A DNA stretch of 64,000 nt from NCBI GenBank assembly GCA_018655015.1, contig JABIKK010000011.1, positions 1,323 to 65,322 of the forward strand, written 5' to 3'. A program made the position numbers and the translations under genes. The stretch comes from Candidatus Woesearchaeota archaeon (lineage in GTDB: Archaea > Nanobdellota > Nanobdellia > SCGC-AAA011-G17 > UBA489). Every line of letters starts with the position of its first letter. The stretch's first letter is position 1. A model generated the notes under the pieces. That model saw only the letters and a list, made by a program, of their open reading frames with translations, was not told the origin of the DNA and did no database searches. Shown piece by piece: positions 54,145 through 61,778 of the stretch.

Positions 54145-54714
54145 TTAAACCTCATTATACCTAAAACAATCCATTGTGTGATCATTTACCATCCCTGTAG
54201 CTTGCATGTGGGCATAACAGATTGTACTGCCCACGAACTTAAAACCGCGTTTTTTGAGGTCCTTGGCCATAGCGTCACTTTCGGGGGAAGTAGCTTGATA
54301 GTCTTTTTCTGTTTTTAACTTATTTTTTATGGTTTTGTTATTTGTAAAACTCCAAATGTATTTATCGAATGAGCCAAATTCTTTTTGAACTTCAAGGAAT
54401 TTTTGAGCGTTAATAGTCGTAGATTGAATTTTAAGACGATTTCTAACAATTCCTGAGTTTTTTAATAGACGCTGAAAGTCTTTATCTGTGTATTTAGCTA
54501 TTTTTTTAGGATCGAAATTATCAAATGCTTTTCTGTAGTTTTCACGCTTGTTTAATATTGTTTCCCAACTTAGACCTGCTTGTGCGCCTTCAAGTATGAG
54601 AAACTCAAATAGTTTTTGATCGTCATGAAGAGGCACGCCCCATTCATTGTCATGGTATTCTACCATTAAGTCATTTTTAGTTGGCCAGGGGCATCTATTT
54701 TTTTCACTAACCAT
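54145..54714 (-). CDS. tag: DNA-3-methyladenine glycosylase I
   Basis: CPWPTKNDLMVEYHDNEWGVPLHDDQKLFEFLILEGAQAGLSW is the Tag family signature. Confidence 0.88.
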   Translation of the reverse strand: MVSEKNRCPWPTKNDLMVEYHDNEWGVPLHDDQKLFEFLILEGAQAGLSWETILNKRENYRKAFDNFDPKKIAKYTDKDFQRLLKNSGIVRNRLKIQSTTINAQKFLEVQKEFGSFDKYIWSFTNNKTIKNKLKTEKDYQATSPESDAMAKDLKKRGFKFVGSTICYAHMQATGMVNDHTMDCFRYNEV

Positions 54715-54736
54715 AATGTTCTCCGGGTGTTGGGTA

Positions 54737-55264
54737 TTATAAATTTGGCCATTTTAATTTCGCCACATATATCTTTTCGAAATCAAATGATTCTTCTGCT
54801 AATATTTTGAAGGAGTAATTCTTTTTAGCTATCTCTTCTGTGTTTCCTGATAAGGAAGAGTAAAGTAACAATATTCTTCCATCTTTTGTTAAATGTTCTT
54901 TAGCTTGTTTTAAGAATTCTTCAATTATTTCTGAACCCTTTTCTCCACCAGTTGTTGCTAGTGCTGAATCTTCAGGCTCATTTGGATCTTTTGGCAGGTA
55001 TGGGGGATTGAATATTATTAAGTCAAATTTACCTTCCACATTTTCAAATAAGTTTGATTGTATTACTTTTATTCTTGAATTGTTTAATTGGTTTATACAT
55101 TCGGGATTAATATCTACTGCAGTAGTGTCCTTGGAAATTTCTGAAGCCGTTATTGCTTGAATTCCAGATCCAGTCCCCATATCTAGGACCTTGTCAGTAG
55201 ATTTAACTTCTTGTTTTACAATTTTTTGTAGAAGGAAGGAATCTTCTCTTGGTCCATATATCAT
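54737..55264 (-). CDS. HemK/Mtq2-like SAM-dependent methyltransferase (NPPY type)
   Basis: SAM motif LDMGTGSGIQ and catalytic IIFNPPYLP. 175 aa. ATGA overlap with the upstream gene. Confidence 0.8.
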   Translation of the reverse strand: MIYGPREDSFLLQKIVKQEVKSTDKVLDMGTGSGIQAITASEISKDTTAVDINPECINQLNNSRIKVIQSNLFENVEGKFDLIIFNPPYLPKDPNEPEDSALATTGGEKGSEIIEEFLKQAKEHLTKDGRILLLYSSLSGNTEEIAKKNYSFKILAEESFDFEKIYVAKLKWPNL

Positions 55265-55716
55265 TTGACCGACTTACAGTAATCTTTAACCCTACTTAGA
55301 ATTTGTGGCAAATAGTATTTCTTTATTCTCTCTTCGAATACTGTACTTAGATTTTCATATTCTGTTATTCTGTATTCATTCTTTATTTTTTCAATAAGTT
55401 GTAGATCCTTTAATCTTTTCATTTGCCTTCTTATGTTTGAAGCAGCAACGCCATTAACACCTAGTCTATTTTTCTTTCTGGAAGCAATTACTTTCTTTTG
55501 AACTTCTTCTGAAGTTATCATCTTCTTCCTTTTGCTGGTGTCCACTATTGTTTGTAGAACATCCACTATGACGTCACGAGAATCGCCTGGTTGTAAAAGT
55601 CCTAAAGATAAACATAATTTTCTAGTTGCCTCTCTCTTGGGCATCTTGTAAGGTTTTTCATACCTACGTAGAGTTATTTCACTTAGAGGGATGTCTCTTG
55701 AAATCTTTTTAGGCAT
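55261..55716 (-). CDS. putative wHTH DNA-binding protein
   Basis: 151 aa, basic. LSEITLRRYEKP... N-terminus with a predicted helical/wHTH pattern. Family not named. Confidence 0.5.
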   Translation of the reverse strand: MPKKISRDIPLSEITLRRYEKPYKMPKREATRKLCLSLGLLQPGDSRDVIVDVLQTIVDTSKRKKMITSEEVQKKVIASRKKNRLGVNGVAASNIRRQMKRLKDLQLIEKIKNEYRITEYENLSTVFEERIKKYYLPQILSRVKDYCKSVK

Positions 55717-55809
55717 AGCTACTTATTTGTTAAAGATGTTTAAAAGTTTTTGTATTTACTTTGAAGTTAGAGGAGATAGTTATATTAATGTGATCGTTAA
55801 ACAAGGTGT

Positions 55810-56634
55810 ATGAAAAAAATTGTGGATGATGTGTTGAAGTCCAAGAAGTTTTCTAGATTGGGAAAGTCGTATATTGAAAGCATTGTTGATGACATTTATG
55901 ACTCTGAAAATTTAAGCAATAAGAAGGTATATAAAATATTTTTGAAGAAAGTTAAAGAGTTTTTGCATAAAACTTATTCCGTTTACCAAATTAGCAATGC
56001 TAGTAAGAAGGATAGTATTATGGAGTCAATGATTAACTCTAAAAGTGATGCAGAGTTAGTTAAACTGCATCTTGAAATGCTTCATTGTCATTCTTCTACG
56101 CGTGAAAGGAAAGAGTTCTATGAAGAAGTTTATGAAAAAATATTTGATAAAATTAAGAAACCTAAAAGAATTCTTGATATGGGTTGTGGATTGAATGCTT
56201 TTTCCTTACCATTCATCGGTTTTGAAAACTTTGAGTATATTGGAATGGACGTTGGAAAAGAAGATACTAAGTTAATTAATTCTTACTTGAAACTTTCAAA
56301 GAAACTTTATAATTTTGTGGGAAAAGGAATTGAAGTTAATGTTTTTGATGATAATTATTTGAAGAAAATTCCTAGGGGGAAGTTTGATGTTTGTTTTTTG
56401 TTTAAGATGGCCGATGTTTTAGATTATAATGGAAACCATAAAAATACTGAAGAATTTGTTAAAAAGGTTAATTCTAAGAATGTCATTGTTAGTTTCCCTA
56501 CAAGAACCATCTCTAATAGGAAAATGAATAATCCTAGGAGAAAGTGGTTTGAGTTGATGGTTAGAAGGTTGAAGTATAAGTTTAATTATTTCGAAGTTGA
56601 GAACGAGTGTTTCTACATCGTTAAGAAGATTTAG
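55810..56634 (+). CDS. FmrO-family 16S rRNA (guanine-N7) methyltransferase homolog (ArmA/RmtB/Kgm-like)
   Basis: Collinear with RmtB/ArmA as I recall them: VLKSKKFSRL, HSSTRERKEFYEEVYEKIF, ILDMGCGLNAFSLPF, CFLFKMADVLD, VIVSFPTRTISNR, ECFYIVKK. Confidence 0.8.
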   Translation: MKKIVDDVLKSKKFSRLGKSYIESIVDDIYDSENLSNKKVYKIFLKKVKEFLHKTYSVYQISNASKKDSIMESMINSKSDAELVKLHLEMLHCHSSTRERKEFYEEVYEKIFDKIKKPKRILDMGCGLNAFSLPFIGFENFEYIGMDVGKEDTKLINSYLKLSKKLYNFVGKGIEVNVFDDNYLKKIPRGKFDVCFLFKMADVLDYNGNHKNTEEFVKKVNSKNVIVSFPTRTISNRKMNNPRRKWFELMVRRLKYKFNYFEVENECFYIVKKI

Positions 56635-56750
56635 CCTTGAATTGCATTGCATTTGGCACAGAAGAGCCATATAAATCCATTAACAAAAACATTATCACAT
56701 GCGGGACAACCGCATTTTTTACATTTTTTATCAAAATTGAATTTTGCCAC
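56631..56750 (-). CDS. possible 39-aa Cys-rich (zinc-ribbon-like) microprotein (not in ORF track)
   Basis: GTG 56750 to TAA 56631-56633 gives (M)AKFNFDKKCKKCGCPACDNVFVNGFIWLFCAKCNAIQG. An AGGTGG SD lies about 10 nt upstream. CxxC pairs occur at both ends. Confidence 0.3.
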   Translation of the reverse strand: MAKFNFDKKCKKCGCPACDNVFVNGFIWLFCAKCNAIQG

Positions 56751-56793
56751 TATATATTCCGCCACCTGTAATGAAATGTCTCACTTAACCATT

Positions 56794-57441
56794 TTATAAG
56801 GCTTGCTTAACATAACCTTTCATTAGAAGTCTACCTAATGTAGAAATGTTTAATGCTATTTTTCCATTTTTTTCACTTACTTCAACTAATCCAAGAGTTT
56901 TTAGTCCTTCAGATTTTAAGGTCCCATTAATATGGTAAGAAACAAGTGGAGGACTCATCTTTATTTTTTTACTTAATTCTTCTAAAGATTTACAACAAGT
57001 TTTGTCTTCATGTAGAACTCTTAGGATATCTAGTTTTTTATCAGTTAATATTTTATAATATGAGAATTTTAAAATTGGAAGTAACATTGTTTCATCACCC
57101 ATAACTGCAAATGCTTTAAGTCCATTTACAAATGCTGCTGAAGTCATAGCACATTGTAAATTTCTATCGCCTGAAGAAGTGTTAATTACTACTTCGTCAT
57201 CTTTTTCTTCTGCAGATAGTTTAGAAACTTTTTCAAATATTCCTTCCCATGGGTCGCCTTCAATGGTAATAATCTTTACTGGAATTCCGAATTTTTTTAG
57301 TTCTTTGCTTGCTTTTTCTGCTTCCCCTATTTCGCTATCGGAAGTTAACAGAACTACCCTACTTGCAGGGAAATCTCTAAGACCTACATACAAGGCATTC
57401 ATATTGTCTCCTACTGGGGCAAGAACTACTTTTTTTTGCAT
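56794..57441 (-). CDS. CARF/Csa3-like Rossmann sensor domain fused to a wHTH (putative ligand-responsive regulator)
   Basis: N-domain strands KKVVLAPVG, RVVLLTS, VVINTSSGDRNLQCAMTSAAF. C-terminal wHTH LDILRVLHEDKTCCKSLEELSKKIKMSPPLVSYHINGTLKSEGL. Lies 22 nt downstream of the nuclease gene on the same strand. Confidence 0.6.
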   Translation of the reverse strand: MQKKVVLAPVGDNMNALYVGLRDFPASRVVLLTSDSEIGEAEKASKELKKFGIPVKIITIEGDPWEGIFEKVSKLSAEEKDDEVVINTSSGDRNLQCAMTSAAFVNGLKAFAVMGDETMLLPILKFSYYKILTDKKLDILRVLHEDKTCCKSLEELSKKIKMSPPLVSYHINGTLKSEGLKTLGLVEVSEKNGKIALNISTLGRLLMKGYVKQAL

Positions 57442-57463
57442 GTTTGCTTAATGAGTAGTTAGT

Positions 57464-57919
57464 TTATAACTTTTGTTGTGTTGTTTCCTTGCAAGCCCAT
57501 ACGCCTATGTTTTGAAGCCTTGCTTTATGTTCCAATTTCTTTAATTCCTTGTACTTCTTAGTATCATAAGCGTATTTGTCATAAACTTTTGCATATCCAT
57601 TAAGAACTAGATGTTTGTTTATGTCTTGGTTTTTAGTGTGTATGTACCTTAGTAATCGTCCGTACTTTCCTTTGTTAGTGTAATCCTCTTCTAGGTAAAC
57701 TTCTTTCATTAGGACTAGTTTTGTTAGTTGATCCTTTGATTCTTGATAGTGACATTCTTTTTTCTCTGGAGTGTTTATTCCAGATAGTCTTACTTTTTCA
57801 GAAGTGTTTAGTTTTAATGTGTCTCCATCGATTACATCAATTACTCTGAATGGACCTTCTAGGTTTGAAGAAGGTGTACATGAAGTTAGAAAGAGAAGTA
57901 GTAAGACATAAAATTTCAT
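57464..57919 (-). CDS. secreted thermonuclease (staphylococcal nuclease/SNase fold) with lipobox-like signal
   Basis: VIDVIDGDTLKL...VRLSGINTPE SNase motifs. N-terminal MKFYVLLLLFLTSC has a lipobox-like L-T-S-C. Confidence 0.85.
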   Translation of the reverse strand: MKFYVLLLLFLTSCTPSSNLEGPFRVIDVIDGDTLKLNTSEKVRLSGINTPEKKECHYQESKDQLTKLVLMKEVYLEEDYTNKGKYGRLLRYIHTKNQDINKHLVLNGYAKVYDKYAYDTKKYKELKKLEHKARLQNIGVWACKETTQQKL

Positions 57920-57940
57920 TTAGAGGTTTGTTTTTTTAAG

Positions 57941-57947
57941 TTTAAAA
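57941..57947. promoter_or_regulatory. shared palindromic TATA (TTTAAAA) between divergent nuclease and CARF-like genes
   Basis: Its centre is about 25 nt from the minus-strand start at 57919 and about 27 nt from the plus-strand start at 57971. Confidence 0.45.
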
Positions 57948-57970
57948 GAGATTTTGGGATATTCTCGGAG

Positions 57971-58378
57971 ATGTTGGGAAAACTTAAAAAAGAGAGCCAC
58001 GCTTTGTTAATTATGACAGAATTAATTGCTTTCTTAAGCACTGGAAAAGGTACTTGGGGCCATGTGAATAGACTTCTTTCGGGAATTAATGGAGAAAAAT
58101 GGGATAACGTAATTTTATTAACAAATGAGTTTGGAATTCAAAACTTTAAGGCTGAAGAAGGTGTTGAGTTAATTGAATTAACTAGTAAAAATCTTGATGA
58201 ATTAGTTGAGGAAATTCAAACTAAATTAAAAGAAAAAATAAAAGGGATGGAAATAGCTGTTAATTTTGTTTCTGGCGATGGAAGGGAACATATGGCATTA
58301 GTAAGTGCATTAATGAAGATGGGTGTAGGCTTTAGATTAATTGGATTGAATAAAGAAAGCAATGTTATTGAGCTTTGA
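57971..58378 (+). CDS. stand-alone CARF/Csa3-like Rossmann domain protein (paralog of the N-domain of 56794-57441)
   Basis: ELIAFLSTGKG, NVILLTNE and IAVNFVSGDGREHMALVSALM occur in the same order as the motifs of the neighbouring regulator. Alternative start at ATG 58013. Confidence 0.5.
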   Translation: MLGKLKKESHALLIMTELIAFLSTGKGTWGHVNRLLSGINGEKWDNVILLTNEFGIQNFKAEEGVELIELTSKNLDELVEEIQTKLKEKIKGMEIAVNFVSGDGREHMALVSALMKMGVGFRLIGLNKESNVIEL

Positions 58379-59285
58379 TTTTTTCTAGTGTTTTTTTAAG
58401 ATCTCTTGGTAATTCTGAAGTAACCTTTAGTTTTTTGTTAGTAATTGGGTGATTGAATGTTATCTGGTAGGCATGTAGGAACTGCCTTTTAAGATATCTT
58501 GAGACTTTTTTGTTTTCATCTTCATTACCATATATCTTATCCCCTAAAACTGGGAAACCCCTCGACGCTAATTGAACTCTAATTTGATGCATCCTACCTG
58601 TCTTTAGAGTTAATTCTAATAAAGAATAATTTTTTATGTGTTTTACTACCTTGTAAGTTGTTTCACAGTATTTAGCACGTGAATCATCTTTGTTTGAAAC
58701 TTTCATCACTGGTTGGAAGTCTCTTGTTCCCTTTGCTAAGAAGTCTTTGAATGTTCCTGTTTTCTTTCTTATCCTGCCTATTGCTAGTGCAAAGTATTTC
58801 TTTTCCATTTGTCTACTCTTTGTAATGTTGTAAATTAAAGCATTCATTTTTGGATTTTTACCTAGAATAATTATTCCGGAAGTATCTTTATCTAAACGAT
58901 TACCCAATGAGATCTTAGCATCTTTTTTTAGATAATAATTTACCTGATTAACTAAATTATTTTCGTTAACACCTATTCCCCCTTGGGATGCTAAGTAGGG
59001 GGGCTTGTCTACAACTAACATATCTTCATCTTCAAATAAGACATTGAAAGAAACCTTATGCACTACACCTTTTGTTTGGTAATCATTAATTTGTTTATCG
59101 GTTAGAAATATACTAACTGTTTCTTTTGGATTTAAGCGATAGCTGGGTTTTTGTTTTTTCCTATTTACCTTTATTTTACCTGTCCTGATCCATTTGTAAA
59201 TCTCGGATAATGTTGCAGATGGAAATTTTTGCATTAGAAACTTGTCCAAACGCATACTCTTTCCTATGAAACTAATATCTTCCAT
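58365..59285 (-). CDS. RluA-family pseudouridine synthase with N-terminal S4 domain (RluD-like)
   Basis: S4 domain (RLDKFLMQKF...KIKVNRKK), catalytic NRLDKDTSGIIILG, and HQIRVQLA. Confidence 0.88.
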   Translation of the reverse strand: MEDISFIGKSMRLDKFLMQKFPSATLSEIYKWIRTGKIKVNRKKQKPSYRLNPKETVSIFLTDKQINDYQTKGVVHKVSFNVLFEDEDMLVVDKPPYLASQGGIGVNENNLVNQVNYYLKKDAKISLGNRLDKDTSGIIILGKNPKMNALIYNITKSRQMEKKYFALAIGRIRKKTGTFKDFLAKGTRDFQPVMKVSNKDDSRAKYCETTYKVVKHIKNYSLLELTLKTGRMHQIRVQLASRGFPVLGDKIYGNEDENKKVSRYLKRQFLHAYQITFNHPITNKKLKVTSELPRDLKKTLEKIKAQ

Positions 59286-59367
59286 AAATTGGAATATTCA
59301 CTATTTATTATAAAGTATCTGGTAAAGAGGGCATAAGATTAATAATGGGTTCCGATATTGTTAGATT

Positions 59368-60447
59368 ATGGGGATTTTTGATGATATGTTGCGGGGGGAT
59401 GAAAGCCTTTTCTTAGATAGTATTGCTCTTGATGTAGATTATATGCCTCCTGTGGTGAAACATAGAGAGGGGGAACAAGGGCATATTGCCGAGTGTTTGA
59501 AACCATTATTTAGTAAGAGAAGTGGAAAGAACGTTGTTTTATCTGGAGTTCCGGGAATTGGTAAGACTGTTGCTACTAAGCACTTGATTGACGAATTGAA
59601 AGAACAAAGCGGAGAAATTAAGTCTATTTACATTAATTGTTGGAAAAAGGATACGCCTTACAAAGTTGTGTTGGAGATGTGCAGCCAATTAGGATTTAAA
59701 TTTACTGCTGGAAGAAATACTGATGAATTAATGAAAGAGATCACAAGAATCTTGAATAAAAGTCCATGCGTGATTATTCTAGATGAAGCTGATAAAATTG
59801 ATGAACAACAAATATTCTATACTTTGTTTGAAGACTTATTTACTAAATCAATAATTTGTATAACCAATGAAAGGGATTGGTTAAGTAAATTAGATGATCG
59901 AGTTAGAAGTAGGATGCTTGCAGAAGTTGTTGATTTTAAACCATATAACTATGATGAGGTTAGAGACATATTAAAAGAGAGGGTTAAATATGCTTTTGTT
60001 CCAAATGTTTTGATGGATGATGCTTTTGAAAAAATAGTTGGTAAAACATTTGAGATGGGAGACATAAGGTCTGGACTGTTTTTATTGAAGAATGCTGGGG
60101 AAGAAGCAGAGGGCAAATCTAAAAGAAAAGTTGAATTAATTGATGCTGAAAAAGCAATAAGTAGGTTGGATGAATTCCAAAGAAAAAGTTCCACTCAGTT
60201 AGGCGAAGAGGAAGAATTTATTTTAAAAATTATTAAACTTAATTCTGGTTTAACAAGTAGTAAGATGCATATTGTATACCAAAAAGCTGGTGGAAAGCAA
60301 GCATATACTACATTTCAGCGGAAGTTAAAAAATCTTGGAACTAATGGATTCATCACTCTTAGTGAGATTAATGAAGGAAGGGGAAGATCTACGAGAGTTA
60401 CATATGGTGCGCCTGAAAGTGAGAAAAAACTAGCAGACTTTAGTTGA
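59368..60447 (+). CDS. cdc6: Orc1/Cdc6 replication initiator
   Basis: AAA+ Walker A GVPGIGKTV, Walker B VIILDEADK, and a C-terminal winged helix. 359 aa. Confidence 0.88.
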   Translation: MGIFDDMLRGDESLFLDSIALDVDYMPPVVKHREGEQGHIAECLKPLFSKRSGKNVVLSGVPGIGKTVATKHLIDELKEQSGEIKSIYINCWKKDTPYKVVLEMCSQLGFKFTAGRNTDELMKEITRILNKSPCVIILDEADKIDEQQIFYTLFEDLFTKSIICITNERDWLSKLDDRVRSRMLAEVVDFKPYNYDEVRDILKERVKYAFVPNVLMDDAFEKIVGKTFEMGDIRSGLFLLKNAGEEAEGKSKRKVELIDAEKAISRLDEFQRKSSTQLGEEEEFILKIIKLNSGLTSSKMHIVYQKAGGKQAYTTFQRKLKNLGTNGFITLSEINEGRGRSTRVTYGAPESEKKLADFS

Positions 60448-60535
60448 TAAGGCATTTACTGCAGTTACTTAGTCGGACGATTTTTCTTTTAAAATAGAAC
60501 GTATTTTACTTGTTTATTAAGAGGAGGTGATCTAA

Positions 60536-60721
60536 GTGATCATTAAAATAGATTTAAGCCATGAGAATATAGAAAAAATAACTAGCGAGAAACTAAGGGG
60601 CCTTAGCACTGACAGTTTTGATGCCGGTTTTTATGATAAAGACTCATTAGAATGTTTAGAAGAGAATGATGAGATTAGTCCCATGGAAAGTGGATTCATG
60701 AATGGATATCTCGGTGCATAA
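60536..60721 (+). CDS. 61-aa acidic protein of unknown function
   Basis: GTG start preceded by the extended SD GAGGAGGTGATC (60521-60532, 3-nt spacer). C-terminal EENDEISPMESGFMNGYLGA. Confidence 0.5.
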   Translation: MIIKIDLSHENIEKITSEKLRGLSTDSFDAGFYDKDSLECLEENDEISPMESGFMNGYLGA

Positions 60722-60764
60722 TATCTGAGAAAGTTATAAAAGGGTGTTTTGTAGTCTGCATTGG

Positions 60765-61391
60765 ATGAAAGTATTATTTTTCACCGATGTGCACTCAGGG
60801 GATAGTTCTGACGATTATTATGTCACAGATATTAATGAATTAGAAGAAAAGGTGGATGTTATTGTTGAGAAAAGTAAAGATTGTGAAGTAATGGTTTGTT
60901 GTGGTGACTTGAGTTTCTTTGGTTCTGGTTTGGAAGAAGCTATAAAGATGATTAAAAAGTCCGGTAAAAAATTGTTAATTATACACGGTAATCATGAGAG
61001 TAGTTCTGAATTGAAAAAATTATGTGATGGTAAACAAGTTATTTTTTTGCATAAGAAATGTTTAACAATTGATGGCGTAACATTTGCAGGTTATGGTGGT
61101 GGAGGTTTTGATGAAGAAGACAAACAATTTGATACCTGGGCGAAAGAGTTGAAGTCAAAAGTAAAAGGTAAATTAGTTTTATTTACGCATGCACCCCCTT
61201 ATAAAACTAAGTTGGATGAACTGCCACTCTTGGGACACAGGGGTTCAAAAAGCGTTAGGAATGCTATCAAAATACTTAAACCAAAGTTGTTTGCATCCGG
61301 GCATTTCCATGAAACATTCCTTGAGAAAGATAGTATTGATGGTAGTGAATTAATTAACCCTGGTGATAGTGGCACAATAATAAATATTTAA
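60765..61391 (+). CDS. calcineurin-like metallophosphoesterase
   Basis: MKVLFFTDVH, CGDLS, HGNHE, THAPP, SGHFH. I set the start at ATG 60765 (GTTATAAAA about 28 nt upstream); the track start is GTG 60744. Confidence 0.75.
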   Translation: MKVLFFTDVHSGDSSDDYYVTDINELEEKVDVIVEKSKDCEVMVCCGDLSFFGSGLEEAIKMIKKSGKKLLIIHGNHESSSELKKLCDGKQVIFLHKKCLTIDGVTFAGYGGGGFDEEDKQFDTWAKELKSKVKGKLVLFTHAPPYKTKLDELPLLGHRGSKSVRNAIKILKPKLFASGHFHETFLEKDSIDGSELINPGDSGTIINI

Positions 61392-61413
61392 AAATAAAAA
61401 AGTAGAAAGAGAC

Positions 61414-61611
61414 TTAACGTCTCCTTCTAACTCTCTTTCTAGTAGTAGTTTTTCTAGCTGTCTTTCTTCTTCTAGTAGCTGTTTTCCTAGCAGTAGTTTT
61501 TCTTCTAGTTGTCTTTCTTGCTGTAGTCTTTCTTCTAGTAGCTGTTTTCCTAGCAGTAGTTTTTCTTCTTCTAGTAGCTGTTTTTCTTACTGTTCTTCTT
61601 CTAGCAACCAT
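61414..61611 (-). CDS. 65-aa Arg/Lys/Thr repeat protein (protamine/histone-H1-like, putative nucleic-acid binder)
   Basis: MVARRRTVRKTATRRRKTTARKTATRRKTTARKTTRRKTTARKTATRRRKTARKTTTRKRVRRRR. A GAGGTGA SD lies 7 nt upstream. The DNA contains a 63-nt internal direct repeat. Confidence 0.6.
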   Translation of the reverse strand: MVARRRTVRKTATRRRKTTARKTATRRKTTARKTTRRKTTARKTATRRRKTARKTTTRKRVRRRR

Positions 61612-61778
61612 TTATCTTTCACCTCTTTTTTTTGTTCATTCGTATATTATAAGGACAATGAATTGGGTGCCCTATATTTTTTAGATGTATTTTTCCTTAA
61701 ATAGTTTTCTGTTTATAAACAAAAGTGCATTTTGTAAGTTATCACTAAAACATTAAGAAAAACATAACAGTTTTTGTA

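Noticed and set aside
56419-56670. 83-aa minus-strand ORF overlapping the 3' end of the FmrO-like gene
   Set aside because: It is antisense to a gene with strong family motifs and has no motif of its own. The shorter Cys-rich frame at 56631-56750 is a different frame and is reported separately with low confidence.
61414-61611. Considered the R/K/T repeat region as non-coding simple-sequence DNA
   Set aside because: An intact 65-codon frame with ATG, a well-spaced GAGGTGA SD and in-frame (63-nt) repeat periodicity favour a real coding sequence. Kept as a CDS with moderate confidence.
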